Made by a program: the position numbers and the translations under genes. This document shows, in pieces, positions 60,801 through 64,000 of a stretch of DNA of 64,000 bases. The stretch's first letter is position 1. Each line of letters starts with the position of its first letter. The notes beneath the pieces are model-generated. The model made no database searches. It saw only the letters and a program-made list of their open reading frames with translations, and had not been told where the DNA came from. The stretch is from Perna viridis (Eukaryota): positions 16,058,001 to 16,122,000 of the forward strand of contig CM074516.1 of the NCBI GenBank assembly GCA_037379345.1. The letters are read 5' to 3'.

Positions 60801-63528
60801 GTGGTCTGACATTTAACAAAACAAGACATTCGAAACATACAATAACTATAAAATGTAATAGTTTTTTTACACCAGAGTATCTTATTAAGAAAGATATTTT
60901 CTCTTAAAACACAGGGTTAACACAATTCCATTACACTTATTCTAAATATTATCTACTATTAAATGAGAGATGTGGTATGCTTGCCATTATGAAAACAACC
61001 CACAAAAGCCAAGCAACGAACAATTAAACCTCTACATGTCACCACACGCTTTTCGATGATGGGCAAAACCCATAACATGAGGCACGCTATGAAAGGCTTC
61101 AAAACCATTAAAAAAGGACAAAAATCGACCTTTTCTATAGATAAAAATGTTAAAGGAATAAAACAACAATGACAACCACTGGACCACAGTTTACTGGAGA
61201 AAGACAGGCACAAGCAATATTTTGCGTGGTTAAACATGTTTGTTAACGTTCAACTACTTCTTTACCTGATACAGTGGAGAATAAAATACACCAATAAAAA
61301 GAACTATAAAAATCTATCGATATTGGATTTAACCATTGAGAGCGATGCACAATACGAACACATTAACACATAGTACAAAAGACAAGCTGCATCTACCTCA
61401 AAAGAGTATGTGCTGTTTTTGTAAGCCGGTCCAAAATCCGAAAGCAACTGATTAACACTCCTTATTTACTCAAACAACAAATGTCAATAACAACATTTCC
61501 AAAAGGGTTAAGTGAAGATATATCATAAAATGTCTAAGTAAAACAAGGTCTTCATGAAAATTCCTCAATAAACAGCAATAGAAATTAGGTCTGTAACTGT
61601 AACTTTACGGTTTTGGTTTTCTTCTACAATCATTTCTATCAAAACTTGGTTAAGTTAAGGAAGTTAAGGTGTTCGTAATACATGTAGTTCATAGAAAAAC
61701 TACCATTTCTAAAAAGTTGTTGATGTTCTGCTGTCTATAATCATAAAAATGTCCGAGGAGCAAACCAATTCCTATTCGTGCTAGCAGTCAGACAGGTTGC
61801 AACACGTACGTATGACAGAACTTATGATAAAAGTATGTGGTTTTGGTTATAGCATATTATACACATTATACAATTCTGTTTTTTTACTTACGCAGTTGCA
61901 AAACTTGTCAAAATGTTCTTGGAAGATATTAAGATGTTGTATATCTATATACATGTAACATTTTATGTACACATGTTAATTAATATTTTTAAAATTGTTT
62001 TGGCCTAATCTGTTTGATCTATATCGCTATTCAAAGAAATTTTAAATGTAAATATTATAATAATTTGTTCTAGAATTTTTTGAATAGCACGTGTTGACTA
62101 TCCGAACCGTTTATTAAAAATTGGTTTCCAAATTACTTTATTGGCATTTTTAGAGTATGTATGAATTTATATATAAATATATGGCAAATGACAAGACAAT
62201 AAATCTATGGTAATTTGAAGACTTATCAATTAATGCAGTTTTGAAATAACTTCATGTCAGTACTTTCATTCTTTACTTCTAAACTCATGAATACATTTTT
62301 ATCTTTCAAATAAGTATTTGAATTTGCTGTGGACTCTACTTACTTGTACAATATCCCGTGTCTGGTGTCATTGTAGTTGCAAACTCCTGGAATATGAAGT
62401 TACTGTTACCATCTTCATCAACCCAGAACACTTTAACTTCATATTTGGTTTCTTCCTTTAAATCCTCTATTTCTGCTTCTTCAGTGTCAACTTCTATTGT
62501 GAGAAAACGTTTTTCCTTTGCTGGACGGTATTTAACCTGGTATGATTGTAGATCATTTGCTGTCTCTACTTTCTGCCATTTTACCAAGAGTGTACTCGAT
62601 GTGGTACACAATGAATGATTCCTGCTCATCATTTGATCATATTCAGTTGTTAAATCTATAGAACATTAAAACATTGTTAATATGTTAACGTGAATGGAGT
62701 TGAGGTTTGTCTTGAAATATTATCATAAAAGAAATAGCCAACAAGGCAAAGAGAGTTTTGTTCCTAAAGGATTCGAATTTTATTTATTATATGCCCCCCA
62801 ACATGCTTCTTAGCTTTTTATCGAAAATATCTTTCAATAACATAGTTCTGTTTTTCTAAGTTACCTCCTTCTATAGATAAATTATATCATTTTCTTGCTT
62901 ATGTGTGCCTTATTTAAGAGCCACCGTCACGTGCCTTATGTGCATTATATACACATTTCTGCCGAACCACAGATTTATCAATAAACAACCGTTATATTCT
63001 CAAGTATTATCAATGCTATCCAAATGGTTACCCATGTTTAGCTAATATTTAAGTATGCCAAACAAAAACAATATTCACAGTAAGACTAATTCAAACAGCA
63101 TCTGTGCATACGTTTGTCAGTGCTTGTTAATTAATTTGTTATTTTACGCTAATGCAACTAGGTCAATACGTCCGTAAAAATGATATCATGAGCCAGTCTA
63201 GAATAATTGTACCTACTTGCGCTCAATCCGGTGTATAGTGTCGTTGTTGTTGCAGAGTCTTGAAACATGAAGTGACCGTTACCATCTTCATCAACCCAGA
63301 ACACTTTAACTTCATATTTGGTTTCTTCATTTAAATCCTTAATTTCAGCTTCTTCAGTGTCAACTTCTATTGTGAGGAAACGTTTCTCCGTTGCTGGACG
63401 GTATTTAACCTGGTATGATTGTACGTCTTTTGCTGCCTCTACTTTTTGCCATTTTACAACAACTGTCCTTGATGTGGGACACAAGGAGTATTTCATCTTA
63501 AGCGTTTTGTCACTCTCTGTTTTTGATT
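53576..63528 (-). CDS. FN3-repeat plus AIG1/septin-like P-loop GTPase with Cys-rich region and coiled coils, 5' incomplete; exons 63528-63217, 62655-62344, 60248-59934, [59118-58807], 58398-57952, 57294-57104, 54808-53576
   Basis: Phases chain 1-1-1-1-1-0. G1 LLGATGTGKS, G2 SQT, G3 IIDTPGF, G4-like LFTFDD; NCPEHERTCHANC...CEIFKDGKCTICECNKAIH; FN3 signature W...YQVKYR...L.EET.YEVKV. At least ~935 aa, or ~1039 aa with the bracketed exon. Confidence 0.85.
55275..55885 (-). mobile_element. Penelope-like RT C-terminus and 3' repeat
   Basis: Minus strand: RIVNF.FICGNI, QGYVATRLKSSLQK, HELVDRYGVFICNTKTDLFNVS*, followed by the terminal unit. Confidence 0.8.
57104..57294 (-). CDS. GTPase gene Walker A exon
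   Basis: ttacag| SCYEQQWNSNEEKTIMLLGATGTGKSTFIDALINY...HRFALI...ATNK |gtaata. Confidence 0.9.
57952..58398 (-). CDS. GTPase gene divergent FN3 exon plus linker
   Basis: ttgtag| ...PTSTTLTVSW...FQIKYR...ISNLKPCTKYELKVFW... |gtgagt; 447 nt, phase 1-1. Confidence 0.87.
58807..59118 (-). pseudogene. FN3 exon with an open frame but a mutated acceptor (CG instead of AG); probable skipped pseudo-exon
   Basis: 312 nt, the same length as sister exons; attatattgccg| versus paralogous attatactgcag| and attatactacag|. Confidence 0.7.
59934..60248 (-). CDS. GTPase gene FN3 exon
   Basis: ctgcag| ...LCPTSRTVSLKW...YQVKYR...YEVKVFW... |gttcgt; 315 nt, phase 1-1. Confidence 0.87.
60960..61440. repeat. SINE-like dispersed repeat; paralog at ~56440-56830
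   Basis: Shared cccacaaaagccaa...aacgaacaattaa...ctac, gacaaccact.gac, gacag.cac and tttttgtaagc blocks. Confidence 0.55.
62344..62655 (-). CDS. GTPase gene FN3 exon
   Basis: ctatag| ...LCTTSSTLLVKW...YQVKYR...YEVKVFW... |gtaagt; 312 nt, phase 1-1. Confidence 0.88.
63217..63528 (-). CDS. GTPase gene FN3 exon (most upstream one recognised in the window)
   Basis: ctacag| ...LCPTSRTVVVKW...YQVKYR...YEVKVFW... |gtaggt; 312 nt, phase 1-1. Confidence 0.87.
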
Positions 63529-64000
63529 CTGTAGTATAATACCTTGTATATTATAATACATGAACATGTAAACAATGCTGATCTTGAGCAGTAATCGTAA
63601 AGAAGGTTATTGTCGGTCATGTGCAAATTTAGTTATATCATTTTATTTCACAGTTAATTATATTATTTGTCATTATTGTAAAACGATATCTGCTGGTTGA
63701 CAGCACTTGCAATACTTCTTCAAAAACGGTCAAGCAGAAATTAATAAATTGTGTCAATGCACTTAAGATTAATTTGCTATAAAGAATTGTTAGTTGTATT
63801 TTGTCGTTCGCGAACCAGTTCCATATATTGATAACCGTTGTTGGTTACACTGATCAACAAAGTAACTACAATTTACCCTTACCATGTATACGTTTGAGGA
63901 GATTGACCATACGAAAGTTAAACCGTACAAACCACGCAACCAATCTTAATTAATTTATTTAGTAAAATCGAAAATCATAAAAAATGAAAGATACATCGAT

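Noticed and set aside
63870-63890. Minus-strand ATG|gtaagg as the first exon of the GTPase gene
   Set aside because: Phase 0, but the next exon needs phase 1; the start probably lies beyond the window.

Overview
AT-rich eukaryotic genomic DNA with spliceosomal introns. It is probably a bivalve mollusc, which I infer only from the repeat families. The window has three parts. (1) An 11-coding-exon + strand gene (3964-18054, 731 aa, all splice phases consistent) encoding a type I membrane protein: four neuroglian/hemolin-like Ig domains, one cysteine-less Ig-like domain, a TM helix and a tyrosine-motif tail. A decayed copy of one of its exons lies downstream. (2) A central transposon island (~28-52 kb): a Harbinger transposase fossil, plus an ISL2EU-like fossil interrupted by a decayed Gypsy element that is itself interrupted by a very young BEL/Pao element (547-bp LTRs, AAACT TSD, tRNA-iMet PBS). 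The Gypsy element carries, in the env position, a decayed ~220-codon SGNH-hydrolase-like ORF preceded by a strong splice acceptor; this is the most unusual signal I found. (3) A 5'-incomplete - strand gene (53576->63528) with a tandem array of symmetric FN3 exons fused to an AIG1/septin-like P-loop GTPase, a Cys-rich region and coiled coils; one FN3 exon has a dead splice acceptor. Penelope-like RT fragments, MITEs, SINE-like repeats and a 183-N gap are scattered through the window.
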